Part shown: in pieces, positions 1-9,589 of the stretch
Layout: every line of letters begins with the position of its first letter
How positions within the stretch are numbered: position 1 is the first letter of the stretch
Virus record (IMG/VR): IMGVR_UViG_3300030102_005172
Coordinates: 54,053-118,052 of that record
DNA: 64,000 nt
DNA from: a virus
Direction: 5' to 3' (one strand)
The notes under the pieces: generated by a model
Told to the model about the DNA's origin: nothing
Databases searched by the model: none
What the model saw: the letters and a program-made list of their open reading frames with translations, nothing else
Translations under genes and position numbers: made by a program

Positions 1-2
1 AT

Positions 3-611
3 TGTATCGAGTTCTAAGTTTAGTGCGTCTTTTAAAAACTTCATAGGTGACATCCATGTTTGACCATCATTAGTTAAAATATGTCTGAACTTACTATCTA
101 ATGATTCTCTTTGAAATCCTTCACCAATATCATCTCTATCTAAATAGATTGTTTCGTGTGCTTTTTCAGGATAAAATCTCCAAGGTTCTTTTGCGTTCCA
201 AATCCAAGTTCTGAAATATTTTATACCAGGTCCTTGACATGGTACATTCCAACTTTGTACTGAGGTGTCATTAAATACTGACCAATCGAAGTCATCATCA
301 ACTTGTAATACTTCATCTGCGTCAACTCTTAGAATCCAATCACATCCATGGTCTGCCTCTAACGCAGTTCTTACACAATGGTCTCGATTTATACCATGTC
401 CCTTCCACCAATCTAATTGATATAAGAAACCAGGTATTCCCTTTTCGTTAAAAAAGTTTTTAATTATGTCTTGAGTTCCATCAGTTGAACCATTGTCTTG
501 AATAACCCAATAATCAATGTATGGATATACACTTTCCAACATTCTCTCAATAACATGAGATTCATTATTAACCATTGTGTTAAAACAAAACTTTGCAGTT
601 GTGTTTTTCAT
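3..611 (-). CDS. GT-A (GT2-like) glycosyltransferase, 3' end outside window
   Basis: Not in ORF track. Manual translation from ATG at 611: MKNTTAKFCFNTMVNNESHVIERMLESV...WVIQDNGSTDGT...WILRVDADE (DxGSxD and DxD motifs). Frame is open to the window edge. Confidence 0.85.
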   Translation of the reverse strand, partial: MKNTTAKFCFNTMVNNESHVIERMLESVYPYIDYWVIQDNGSTDGTQDIIKNFFNEKGIPGFLYQLDWWKGHGINRDHCVRTALEADHGCDWILRVDADEVLQVDDDFDWSVFNDTSVQSWNVPCQGPGIKYFRTWIWNAKEPWRFYPEKAHETIYLDRDDIGEGFQRESLDSKFRHILTNDGQTWMSPMKFLKDALNLELDT

Positions 612-627
612 AACTAATTTCTAATTT

Positions 628-864
628 TTAAGCAGATAAATACTCATTAAGATTTTTAACACCAATGTGTCTTTTAACTTCTTGTCCACCTTCCAATAAT
701 ACTACTGTTGGTACACTTCTGATTCCGTACTTCTGTGCGAAGTCTGGTTGTTCATCTACATTTATTTTATTTACAGGAATAGTGTTACTCACTTGTTCCA
801 TTACGGGACTCAACATCTTACATGGACTACACCATGGTGCTGAAAAATACAAATATTCTTTCAT
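628..864 (-). CDS. trxA: thioredoxin
   Basis: FSAPWCSPCK active site and GIRSVPT cis-Pro loop; directly follows nrdA. Confidence 0.93.
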   Translation of the reverse strand: MKEYLYFSAPWCSPCKMLSPVMEQVSNTIPVNKINVDEQPDFAQKYGIRSVPTVVLLEGGQEVKRHIGVKNLNEYLSA

Positions 865-878
865 TTTATTTACCTATC

Positions 879-2663
879 TTAACCATCGCAGGATACACAA
901 TCAGGGTCCAATGCTCGTGCTGCGATATCACCACGAAGGACGGACTCTGTTCTCATATAATATAAAGTTTTAATCCCTTGTTTCCATGATTCCATAGTGA
1001 CTTGATTAATCCACTTTGGACTTGCTTCAGATGGAAACGCCAGATTCAACGAAACTGATTGGTCAATATATTGTTGTCTAACGCCTGCTTGTCTAATTAA
1101 TTCTAACTGATTAATTTCTTTGAAAGTCTTAAATACATCTTTGACCCAAAACACTTGGTCTTTATCAAATGCCTCTTGAGGAATGTCTTCTCTTTTTAAG
1201 AGTTTTCCATCTACATATCCCCAATCATCCAATTCTTTTATATCTTGAACCGAACCACCATCTTCTAAAACTTTATCCCAAGTTGCCTTTTTATTTATAC
1301 CCACTTTTCTAAATACCTTTTCTAACTCAAGGTTTTTACGGATGAATGTTCCCTTTGCCGTTTGTTCCGTAAATACATTGGAAGGCCAAGGTTCTATTCC
1401 TGCGGATACATTACCACTTAATTTAGAATTAGAAACAGTAGGAGCAATTGCTCTTAAATGTGTGTTTCTAAATCCACTATCTTTACACCATAATGGTTCA
1501 CCATACTCGGTAGCTAAATCTCTACTTGCTCTTTCTGATTCTATCTTTAGTTGGGAAAAAATCTTACGAGTTTCAAATTGAGCAGGTAATCCTTCAAATG
1601 AAATACCTTTTCTTTGTAAGTAAGTATGCCATCCAAGAACACCTAATCCTAATGCTCTACCTTTTTCTGCTGAACGAACTGCGTTTTCAAAACCTCTCAT
1701 GTTTTTTGCTTTCTGTAAAAACTCTGAAAGGACACCATCTAAGAAATAGATTGATGTATAAATTAAATCTGTATCTTTCCACTCATCATACTTTGCTAAG
1801 TTGAGTGAGGATAAACAACAAACAAAACTATGTGACTCATCCGTATGTAGTACAATCTCAGAACAAATATTTGTCATAAAGACTTTTAGTCCGTTTGCTT
1901 TATACATTTCAGGATTTGCTTTGTTTACATTACCCTTAAACATTATATAAGGTTCACCTGTAGCTTTTCTCTTTTGAAGTACTTTACCCCATCTTCTTCT
2001 TGCTTCAGGTACACCATCTTCTAATTTTCTCATGAACTTATCACCAACAACAATACATTGATGTAGATTCATACATTGTCTGTTTACATCACCTTTAGGT
2101 TCTCTAATTTCAATCCACTCATCAAAATCTTCGTGTTCGATGTTTAGATTTACAGATGCCGCACCTCTTCTGACTGCACCTTGATTTGTTGCAAGGATTG
2201 TAGAATCGTAAATCTTACAAAATGGTACAACACCATCTGATGTTCCGTTTTGTGTAATATTAGAACCTGCAGGTCTAATCTGATTTACACCGATACCAAC
2301 ACCACCACCATGTTTTGCAAGTAACATCATTTCTAAGTTTTTAGTACCAATTTCGTAGATACTATCACCTACATCAATACCAAAACAACTAATTGGTAAT
2401 CCTCTATCGGTGCCAGTATTAGAAAGTACAGGAGAGGCTAGATTTAACCAACCTTTCCAAATATAATCAAAAAACTTCGAAGCAAGTTGAGGTTTGTTTA
2501 GTCTTCTTGCGACTGCCGTTGATACTCTCCAATATGCGTCTTTGGGTTTTTCGCCAGGAAGTAAATAACCATTTGATATTGTTTTTACATAGATTTCGGT
2601 GTTTGCCCAAACGGGAAAATCCACACCAACTTCCCAACCTAAATTTTCTGCGTGATTTTTCAT
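879..2663 (-). CDS. nrdA: class Ia ribonucleotide reductase alpha subunit (no ATP cone)
   Basis: PISCF, TNICSEI, VCCLSSLN, AIAPT, KTLYY motifs and C-terminal CVSCDG. Confidence 0.96.
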   Translation of the reverse strand: MKNHAENLGWEVGVDFPVWANTEIYVKTISNGYLLPGEKPKDAYWRVSTAVARRLNKPQLASKFFDYIWKGWLNLASPVLSNTGTDRGLPISCFGIDVGDSIYEIGTKNLEMMLLAKHGGGVGIGVNQIRPAGSNITQNGTSDGVVPFCKIYDSTILATNQGAVRRGAASVNLNIEHEDFDEWIEIREPKGDVNRQCMNLHQCIVVGDKFMRKLEDGVPEARRRWGKVLQKRKATGEPYIMFKGNVNKANPEMYKANGLKVFMTNICSEIVLHTDESHSFVCCLSSLNLAKYDEWKDTDLIYTSIYFLDGVLSEFLQKAKNMRGFENAVRSAEKGRALGLGVLGWHTYLQRKGISFEGLPAQFETRKIFSQLKIESERASRDLATEYGEPLWCKDSGFRNTHLRAIAPTVSNSKLSGNVSAGIEPWPSNVFTEQTAKGTFIRKNLELEKVFRKVGINKKATWDKVLEDGGSVQDIKELDDWGYVDGKLLKREDIPQEAFDKDQVFWVKDVFKTFKEINQLELIRQAGVRQQYIDQSVSLNLAFPSEASPKWINQVTMESWKQGIKTLYYMRTESVLRGDIAARALDPDCVSCDG

Positions 2664-2675
2664 AACTAATTTTTC

Positions 2676-3668
2676 TTAAAATATGTCGTCCCAATCTTCA
2701 CCTTCATTTGCCTTACTATAATCAGTAGGTCTGATAGCGAAGAAGTCCGTATGTGTTTGTCCACCTGTTAAGTGGTAGAACCAATCTAAATTACCTGCTT
2801 TTTCATCATCAAAGTCAAAGATAGCATTATATCCTAACTCTTTTAATTTAGAATTTGTTCTTGATTTAATAAACTCTTTTAAATCATCTGCCTTTAAATT
2901 TTCTAAATCACCCATCTCAAACATCTTATCAATGTACTTCAACTCAAGTTCTACAATTAATTTTGCAGCCTCTTCGATTGAGTCTTTACATTGGTCTAAT
3001 AATTCAGGGTATTCTTCACACATATGTCTAAATAATTGACAACCCATCTTAGAATGTAAAGATTCATCTCTTACACTCCATTTCATTTGCTGGCCAATAC
3101 CTTTTAACTTATTTCTCATTTGAAATGAATAAAGTACTGCGAATGATGAATATAACGCCACACCTTCTGTAAATGCTGAGAATATAGCGAGTGATTTTCC
3201 TACTTCTTTTCTTGCGTCTGCATTATCTTTAAGGTCTTCCCAAGTGTATCTATTTGTTATACTTGCAAGATTCTCAAATCTTTCTGCGGTTGCTGGTTCG
3301 TGTAGGAATGCTTCAAAGTCTTCTAATCCAAGAGACTCGTTTAAATATGAATATGCGGTTGCGTGAATGGTTTCTTGTGAACCAAACATCATTGCCATTT
3401 GTTTTATTTCATGTTTTGGAAACCACTCTGTCACCCAACCTGTCCAATAATCTGATACTGCACATTCGGTTTGTGCGAATCCAAGTAAGATATTACCGAC
3501 TAAATTTTTTTCTTCTGGTGTAAGATGTTCGTTCCAATCTTTTATATCACCTTGCATTGGTATTTCTGTATGTAACCAAAATGCTTGTGCTTGTTTTAAC
3601 CAACCTTCTGTATAGTACTCAGGGTACTCAAAAGGTTTAAACGGAATACGATTATCAAATAATCCCAT
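2676..3668 (-). CDS. nrdB: class Ia ribonucleotide reductase beta subunit
   Basis: QETIHATAY, FTEGVALYSSF, VRDESLH di-iron motifs; DFFAIRPTDYSK tail. Confidence 0.96.
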   Translation of the reverse strand: MGLFDNRIPFKPFEYPEYYTEGWLKQAQAFWLHTEIPMQGDIKDWNEHLTPEEKNLVGNILLGFAQTECAVSDYWTGWVTEWFPKHEIKQMAMMFGSQETIHATAYSYLNESLGLEDFEAFLHEPATAERFENLASITNRYTWEDLKDNADARKEVGKSLAIFSAFTEGVALYSSFAVLYSFQMRNKLKGIGQQMKWSVRDESLHSKMGCQLFRHMCEEYPELLDQCKDSIEEAAKLIVELELKYIDKMFEMGDLENLKADDLKEFIKSRTNSKLKELGYNAIFDFDDEKAGNLDWFYHLTGGQTHTDFFAIRPTDYSKANEGEDWDDIF

Positions 3669-3728
3669 AGTAATTTTATAGATTTTAAATTAAACTTTTA
3701 TGTTATAGTCGGTGATAATATATATGAT

Positions 3729-5087
3729 TTAAAAATCAATACCATCCGACATTTCTTTATATTTTTGCGCTAATTCTTTTCTTACTAAACTCTCCCCTTG
3801 TTTCATCTGACTTGTAGTCTTTCTACCATCAATGGAATCGTCATTGTAAATATGAATTTGGCCTGTCGAGAAGTTTGCTTTAGATGGGAATGTCATTCCA
3901 TCAGGTCCAAACCTATTTTTTATTACATGCCATCTACCTGTACCTGCGAGTTTATCTTCTATTTTTCGAGATAAAGATACCACAAAGTCTGCGGTCATCA
4001 TTTTAGAAAATGAACCTGCTATTTTTGTACCTGTAATAATGTCATCTTCTGCTCCACTTCTATTAATTTGTGAGGCAGTGTAGACAGGCACCTCGTACTC
4101 ACCTGCCATACCACGAAGGTCTTCTATAATCTCTTCCAACTCTTCGTGTCTTTTTTCTTTTGTAGGCCCTCTCAATAAGTCTGCATAATCTACAATGACT
4201 ACATCAGGTTTTTTACCTTGTAAAATCATTTTGTCCATATGAGCCTTTAGTGAAGTTACACTAGCGGTTTTGGTAGGATAATGTTTTACAACTAAGTCAC
4301 CACTAACAGAATTAACTGCTTTTGTAACATCTTCCATGTTGTATTTCAAATTACCAACGGCGACACCACTTAATACGGCGTCATATCGTTGACCCACATA
4401 ACCTTCATTTAATTCAAGAGTGTAGTGTGCAACTATCTTTCCTTTCTTCATTGCGTTGACTCCGATGTTAATCAGAGACCACGATTTACCAATGCCGGGA
4501 GGTGCTGCAAATAAAATTAATTCACCCTTACCAAAACCACCTTGTGTAATTTCATCAATAACTTGCCAACCAGTAGTAACCACATTTCTTACTGTATCTT
4601 CATATCTTTCTACAATCATAGATTTGTATTCATGACCAATATCAGAATCTTGACCTGCTTTCATTGCGGTATCAATATTCTTTTTGATTTGGTCATACTT
4701 ACCATTTTCTAATAATGGTACTGAATCTAAGATTGCGTTTTTAATAGATTGATTTTTACAGAAGTCAAGGATTTCTTCTTTAACAAAGTCCAAATCACCA
4801 CTTTCTAAATGATTCCAAGCAAACTTCAATGTATCAATCACCGAGGTTTTTAATACATCTCTTTCTATTGGATTTATTTTAACTTTGAGAACATCTAAGG
4901 TTGGCATTTTCTCAAACTCGTTAAAATATTTTAGGATTGTTTTTACTAACCACTCCGATGCCTCAGAATCAAAATATTCTGGTTTCATAATATCGTAAAT
5001 CTGTCTTGTAAAAGACCTATCAGATAATATCGCAGATATTACTTTGTTCTGAAATGAGGTACTAAACTTACTTCCTAATTTTTCCAT
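3729..5087 (-). CDS. DnaB-family replicative helicase (T4 gp41-like)
   Basis: Walker A APPGIGKS, VIVDYADLL, TASQINR, KNRFG. Confidence 0.93.
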   Translation of the reverse strand: MEKLGSKFSTSFQNKVISAILSDRSFTRQIYDIMKPEYFDSEASEWLVKTILKYFNEFEKMPTLDVLKVKINPIERDVLKTSVIDTLKFAWNHLESGDLDFVKEEILDFCKNQSIKNAILDSVPLLENGKYDQIKKNIDTAMKAGQDSDIGHEYKSMIVERYEDTVRNVVTTGWQVIDEITQGGFGKGELILFAAPPGIGKSWSLINIGVNAMKKGKIVAHYTLELNEGYVGQRYDAVLSGVAVGNLKYNMEDVTKAVNSVSGDLVVKHYPTKTASVTSLKAHMDKMILQGKKPDVVIVDYADLLRGPTKEKRHEELEEIIEDLRGMAGEYEVPVYTASQINRSGAEDDIITGTKIAGSFSKMMTADFVVSLSRKIEDKLAGTGRWHVIKNRFGPDGMTFPSKANFSTGQIHIYNDDSIDGRKTTSQMKQGESLVRKELAQKYKEMSDGIDF

Positions 5088-5093
5088 AGTTTA

Positions 5094-5124
5094 CTAATAT
5101 ACGAAATTATTTTTTAATATCAAA
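5094..5124 (-). promoter_or_regulatory. Bacteroidota sigmaA-type promoter (TTTG-N19-TATATTAG) for the helicase
   Basis: Matches the -33 TTTG / -7 TAnnTTTG consensus with one mismatch; ATG lies 6 nt downstream. Confidence 0.7.
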
Positions 5125-6162
5125 GTGATTCTTAAGATAATTGTCTAAAGATGTAAATGAATTTCTTAACCAAGAATCTACATTTGCAAATGCAGTATAT
5201 AGTTTATCATACATAAACATCTTTTTGAACTCAACAATGTTTAGTTGAGGTTGGTGTACATCCATCAACTCTCTAACATTAGATTTAATTGATGATGATA
5301 TATCAGGGTCAGATAATTGCATAAGACCATAGTTCATATTGATAGTATCTAAATTATCTTCAAGTTTTTTTGCCAACTTATCATCACACTCTGAAGAACA
5401 TTTCTCAATGAATGTGTCTAAAGAAAGGTCATTTTCAGTTAAAAACTTCATTTTAGATTCAATTGTTTTGATACCAACACCATTTACACCTTTTATATTG
5501 TCTGATTTATCGCCCATAAGAACTCTGTAAAATATTAGATTTTGTGGAGTTACTCCATAATCTTCTACAACTTCTTTTTCGGTGTACATTTTCTTTTTTG
5601 TTGGTGTAAAAACCTTAATCCTTTGATTTACTAATTGTAAAAAGTCCTTGTCAGATGATAAAATCGTAACTTCTTTTTTAAAGTAGTGATTTGCCAAGTA
5701 TGCAATTATATCATCTGCCTCTACATAATCTATATAAGTCATTGTGATAGGTAGTATCTGTAAGTACTCAATGAGTCTCTTGAATTGATTTCTCATCGAT
5801 ACTTGTTGGTCTTCTAAGTCTTCATATCCTGCAAGTCTATTCAACTTAGTTAAACCTGTTCTACCTTCCTTATATCCCTTATATACGGACTTTCTTCTAT
5901 TAGAACCACCCTTTCCATCAAAGACTATAACGACACGAGTTGGTTTTAATCTTCTAATCGTTGCAGCGGTGGACAAGAGAAAACCTGTCACACCACCACA
6001 ATGTTCACCATCATCATTCAAAGCAGGTACTGCTCCAAATACTCTAATGAATTGATTAAGACCATCAATGATAAGAACTCTATCATTAAGGGATTCGTTT
6101 TTTACTTCGTTATGTTCTTTACTTACTTCTTTGAGTAGCTCTTTGTATTTATTAATCATCAA
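5107..6162 (-). CDS. 5'-3' exonuclease / flap endonuclease (T4 RNase H, PolI N-domain family)
   Basis: LIIDG, VFDGKG, EADD, SSDKDFLQL, MGDKSDNIKGVNGVGIKT (H3TH). Confidence 0.93.
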   Translation of the reverse strand: MMINKYKELLKEVSKEHNEVKNESLNDRVLIIDGLNQFIRVFGAVPALNDDGEHCGGVTGFLLSTAATIRRLKPTRVVIVFDGKGGSNRRKSVYKGYKEGRTGLTKLNRLAGYEDLEDQQVSMRNQFKRLIEYLQILPITMTYIDYVEADDIIAYLANHYFKKEVTILSSDKDFLQLVNQRIKVFTPTKKKMYTEKEVVEDYGVTPQNLIFYRVLMGDKSDNIKGVNGVGIKTIESKMKFLTENDLSLDTFIEKCSSECDDKLAKKLEDNLDTINMNYGLMQLSDPDISSSIKSNVRELMDVHQPQLNIVEFKKMFMYDKLYTAFANVDSWLRNSFTSLDNYLKNHFDIKK

Positions 6163-7285
6163 AATCTGTTACTTCAACATTATCAATATTTGCCTCTTCA
6201 CTTGATTGTTTGTAAGCCATAATGTATGAATTACAAATCTCATTGTAAATAGACTCTTTTAGTTCGGGTCTTTCTTCGAGTATGTCTTCCCAATTTTTAG
6301 CTTGGAATTTTATTTCCTCACCTGTTTCTTTGTCGACATAAGTGTACCATGCACCACTTTGAGTTACCAACTTATATGTTTTCATCATTTGTAACCATGA
6401 ACCATAATTGTCGATACCACTATCAAAGTAGATATCATAGTCAACTGAACGAAGAGGTGGCCCCATTCTATTCTTGATAACTTGAGCACGAGTTTTGATA
6501 CCAACTACTTGGTCTACTCCACCAATTTTAGATTTAAGTTGTCCCATTGATTTTAACCTAATTCTACAAGAAGAGTGGAATGCTATTGCTTTACCACCAC
6601 TTGTAGTCCAAGGGTCACCAAAAGAAACACCTAATCTTGTTCTTAATTGATTTGTGAAAATTAAAGATATTCTTTCTCTACCTATAAGATTTGTAATCTT
6701 TCTCATAGCTTTAGAAATAATAATAGCTTTCTGAGTAGCATAACCTGCTTGGTCGTAATCTGCGGATATCTCTACCTTAGTTGAAGCACCTGCGACAGAA
6801 TCCACTACAATAGTTACTAGCTTTTTCTTGTCTGATGACCTTACTGACTCTATAATTGAATCAATACCTTCAAAGATATCTTCAACAGTTTCAAGAGGAA
6901 CATACAACATTTTTTGAATGTCAACTCCAATCGCTTCTAAGAAATCAGTATTACAAGCATTCTCAGTATCTATATAAACACCAAGACCACCCTTTTTCTG
7001 AGTATCTGCGATTGCGTGAGCTGCCAATAGTGATTTACCACTTCCTTCTAAACCTGTAATCTCTGTTAGTCTACCAACTGGTAATCCACCATTTGGTCTA
7101 TTTGATATCGCCAAATCTAACATCGGTGAACCTGTCGAAATCCAACCATCAAGGTCGGTAGGAGTTTGTTCACCACCATCCAAGAAGTAAGCCACCTTGT
7201 GGGCGGACTTAAACTTCTTGTTGAGGTTATCAGCTAAGATTGAAGATAGTTCATCACGAACCGATTCTTTCTTCTTCTTTGCCAT
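6152..7285 (-). CDS. recA: RecA/UvsX recombinase
   Basis: GLEGSGKS, YIDTENA, IVVDSVA, IFTNQLR, TTSGGKAIAFHSS, KNRMGPP, SGAWY. Confidence 0.93.
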   Translation of the reverse strand: MAKKKKESVRDELSSILADNLNKKFKSAHKVAYFLDGGEQTPTDLDGWISTGSPMLDLAISNRPNGGLPVGRLTEITGLEGSGKSLLAAHAIADTQKKGGLGVYIDTENACNTDFLEAIGVDIQKMLYVPLETVEDIFEGIDSIIESVRSSDKKKLVTIVVDSVAGASTKVEISADYDQAGYATQKAIIISKAMRKITNLIGRERISLIFTNQLRTRLGVSFGDPWTTSGGKAIAFHSSCRIRLKSMGQLKSKIGGVDQVVGIKTRAQVIKNRMGPPLRSVDYDIYFDSGIDNYGSWLQMMKTYKLVTQSGAWYTYVDKETGEEIKFQAKNWEDILEERPELKESIYNEICNSYIMAYKQSSEEANIDNVEVTDFDD

Positions 7286-7288
7286 AGA

Positions 7289-8050
7289 TTATTCGTTAAA
7301 TAAGTCGTCAAACGCTTCTTTTACATTAGTCGCTGGGGAAGTTGCAGTTGTAGTTTCTTTTACTTCAACTTTAGGTTCTTCTTTTTTATCAGAAACTTCA
7401 CCTGTATCCAACCATTCTTTTAACATTCCTTCCATTTCTTCATAAGAAACTTTTTTGAACATATCACCAAGAACGATTTGGTCTTTAGCGGTTTCTAATA
7501 CATTCTTATCCTCTGAGATAGCTGATGTATTTGGTTTTACTCTGATGTAAGTTTCAGGATAAGTTTTACCTAACTCTGCAGCAGTTTTAAATTCTACTGT
7601 TACATCTCTACCATTTACGGGGTCAGTCAAATCACCATAATCAGGGTCAGCGAAGAATCCAAGAAGTTCTTGGTATACATTCTTACCGAATCCCCAAAAC
7701 TTAACACCTTCAGACTCTTCACCTCTAACGAGGATAGGAACATAAGTTCTCATCTTTGGAGTTAACTTTCTTGAAAGTTGGTAATCATTCCTATCACCTG
7801 TTGCTTTCAACTTTTCTGCAAACTCTAAGATAGGGTCTGCTTCACCAAAAGAACTTGGGCTGATAATATTCTTACCACCAAATCCAAAATGGAAATAAAG
7901 TTCGATGAACGGGTTAGAGGGATTGTGAACATAAGGAAGAATCCTTACTTGTTGTTTGCCGGGTTGTGGTTTCCACAAGTTGTCGGTCTTTGTTACTTTG
8001 GTCTGAAGAGAGTTCAGACGATTGCGGATTGCGTTTAAATCAATTGCCAT
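7289..8050 (-). CDS. single-stranded DNA-binding protein (gp32-like)
   Basis: LWKP..GKQQVRILP, KFWGFGK, acidic tail AFDDLFNE; located in the replication block. Confidence 0.82.
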   Translation of the reverse strand: MAIDLNAIRNRLNSLQTKVTKTDNLWKPQPGKQQVRILPYVHNPSNPFIELYFHFGFGGKNIISPSSFGEADPILEFAEKLKATGDRNDYQLSRKLTPKMRTYVPILVRGEESEGVKFWGFGKNVYQELLGFFADPDYGDLTDPVNGRDVTVEFKTAAELGKTYPETYIRVKPNTSAISEDKNVLETAKDQIVLGDMFKKVSYEEMEGMLKEWLDTGEVSDKKEEPKVEVKETTTATSPATNVKEAFDDLFNE

Positions 8051-8089
8051 AATTTACCTTTTTTAATTATTATTTATTTAAGTTAGTCA

Positions 8090-8121
8090 CTAATATACAA
8101 CATTTGGTTGACAAATCCAAA
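8090..8121 (-). promoter_or_regulatory. Bacteroidota sigmaA-type promoter (TTTG-N20-TATATTAG) for the ssb-recA operon
   Basis: Coding strand TTTG GATTTGTCAACCAAATGTTG TATATTAG. Confidence 0.7.
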
Positions 8122-8184
8122 TGTTTTTTCATTTTTTTTATTTTGCAGTTATCACTACTGATATAAATATGTAAAAATATTTAA

Positions 8185-9183
8185 TTAACTGCGTTCTGAG
8201 CGTTTTTCTAAGTCTAAATAAAATCTACTTGCCTCAGAGTCAATCCATGACTTTTCACTCATTTCTTTGTTTATTTCTTTCTTATCACTCCACCATTGAT
8301 TTTCTTTTTTAATGGTATTCCATTTGTTGTCAACCTCTAAGTCTCTAACATCATCTTGGTGTAATACTTCACCAGTTTCACTACTAAATGGTGATGATGA
8401 TTTTGGTGTTTGTGGTACAAGGTTCATAAAGTAATCTTCTAACATTTTAGATGGTCGCATTGGTAGTTTATCATATAAAGGCATTCCATCGTAATAATCT
8501 ATAAATGGAGTATCACCATCCATATTCGTATGTATTCTTAAATCTTGATGATACATTTTATACAACTTTCCTTTTTGTAGAGTTGCCGTTCCATTAAGTT
8601 GTTTGTTTTTAGGAATTGTTTTATCCCACTTGTTAGTATATGGCTTTCTTAAGTTACCTTGCCAATACCATGGCCATTGTTCACAAAAAAATGTCCAATG
8701 ATTATCTTTAAATTTTAGTTTTAATGATTCTGAGTGTTTAAATATATTGTGATGAATTGTTTCATCAAAGTTAGAACCACCTATCCAAAATTTTGGATAT
8801 GGATATATTTTTTGTATTTCGTCAAATTGTTTAATTGTAGGTTTATTGATATAAACAAAGTCAAGGACTTCCCATGCTCTTCTGAAAACATCAATCAGTT
8901 CAGAGTGTGACAATAATCTTACTACATCTTGAAATGTAGATTTAAGTTGTAAAGCTTGCTCGTCTGTAAAGTCTTCTATAATGTATATATGGTCAAATTC
9001 ATTTGAGTCTACAAAGGTTTGTACAACTCCAATATCATCGTATCCTACGATAATCATCGCTTTAGGTACACAATATTTTTTAGGAATTTTTTTACCTGCA
9101 CCTAATTTAAAAGTATCTTTGTGTCTGTGTTGTCTTCCGATATATGTTAACATATCTTTAAGACCTTCATAACTTTTTTGCAT
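8185..9183 (-). CDS. hypothetical protein
   Basis: 332-aa ORF, co-oriented, no confidently recognised motif. Confidence 0.7.
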   Translation of the reverse strand: MQKSYEGLKDMLTYIGRQHRHKDTFKLGAGKKIPKKYCVPKAMIIVGYDDIGVVQTFVDSNEFDHIYIIEDFTDEQALQLKSTFQDVVRLLSHSELIDVFRRAWEVLDFVYINKPTIKQFDEIQKIYPYPKFWIGGSNFDETIHHNIFKHSESLKLKFKDNHWTFFCEQWPWYWQGNLRKPYTNKWDKTIPKNKQLNGTATLQKGKLYKMYHQDLRIHTNMDGDTPFIDYYDGMPLYDKLPMRPSKMLEDYFMNLVPQTPKSSSPFSSETGEVLHQDDVRDLEVDNKWNTIKKENQWWSDKKEINKEMSEKSWIDSEASRFYLDLEKRSERS

Positions 9184-9189
9184 ACTTAA

Positions 9190-9579
9190 TTAATTTACAT
9201 CAACTATTCTGAATAAACTTGTCTTTAGTATTTTGTGTCCTTCACCATCGGTTAGAATCATAGAGTTTCTATAATCTTCCCAATTAATTTTATATGTTTT
9301 GTCTGCAACACCACCATTTAAGTCAACAATCAATCTATTTAATGCGTTTATTGTGTAGATAGTGTTTGATTCCTTCTTACGATGTGCTAATATAGTACTT
9401 CCTAAGAATTTTCTTTCATTGTTCGGTATTATATTGTAACTAATCACTAACTCTTGTGATGGTTTTAATTTTAAAATAAATATTTTTCTACTATAAAGGA
9501 TAAATGAGTTTTGAATGTTTTCTAAAACTGATTCAAATTCAGCCTCATTAGTAAATGTACATAATAGTTGTGTTCTCAC
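9190..9579 (-). CDS. hypothetical phage protein
   Basis: 129 aa, GTG start preceded by AGGGA; HRKKESNTIYTINALN segment. Confidence 0.75.
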   Translation of the reverse strand: MRTQLLCTFTNEAEFESVLENIQNSFILYSRKIFILKLKPSQELVISYNIIPNNERKFLGSTILAHRKKESNTIYTINALNRLIVDLNGGVADKTYKINWEDYRNSMILTDGEGHKILKTSLFRIVDVN

Positions 9580-9589
9580 TCATCTTCCC

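Noticed and set aside
8185-9183. Possible methyltransferase fold (LDFVYI segment)
   Set aside because: No recognisable SAM-binding glycine motif; too weak to call
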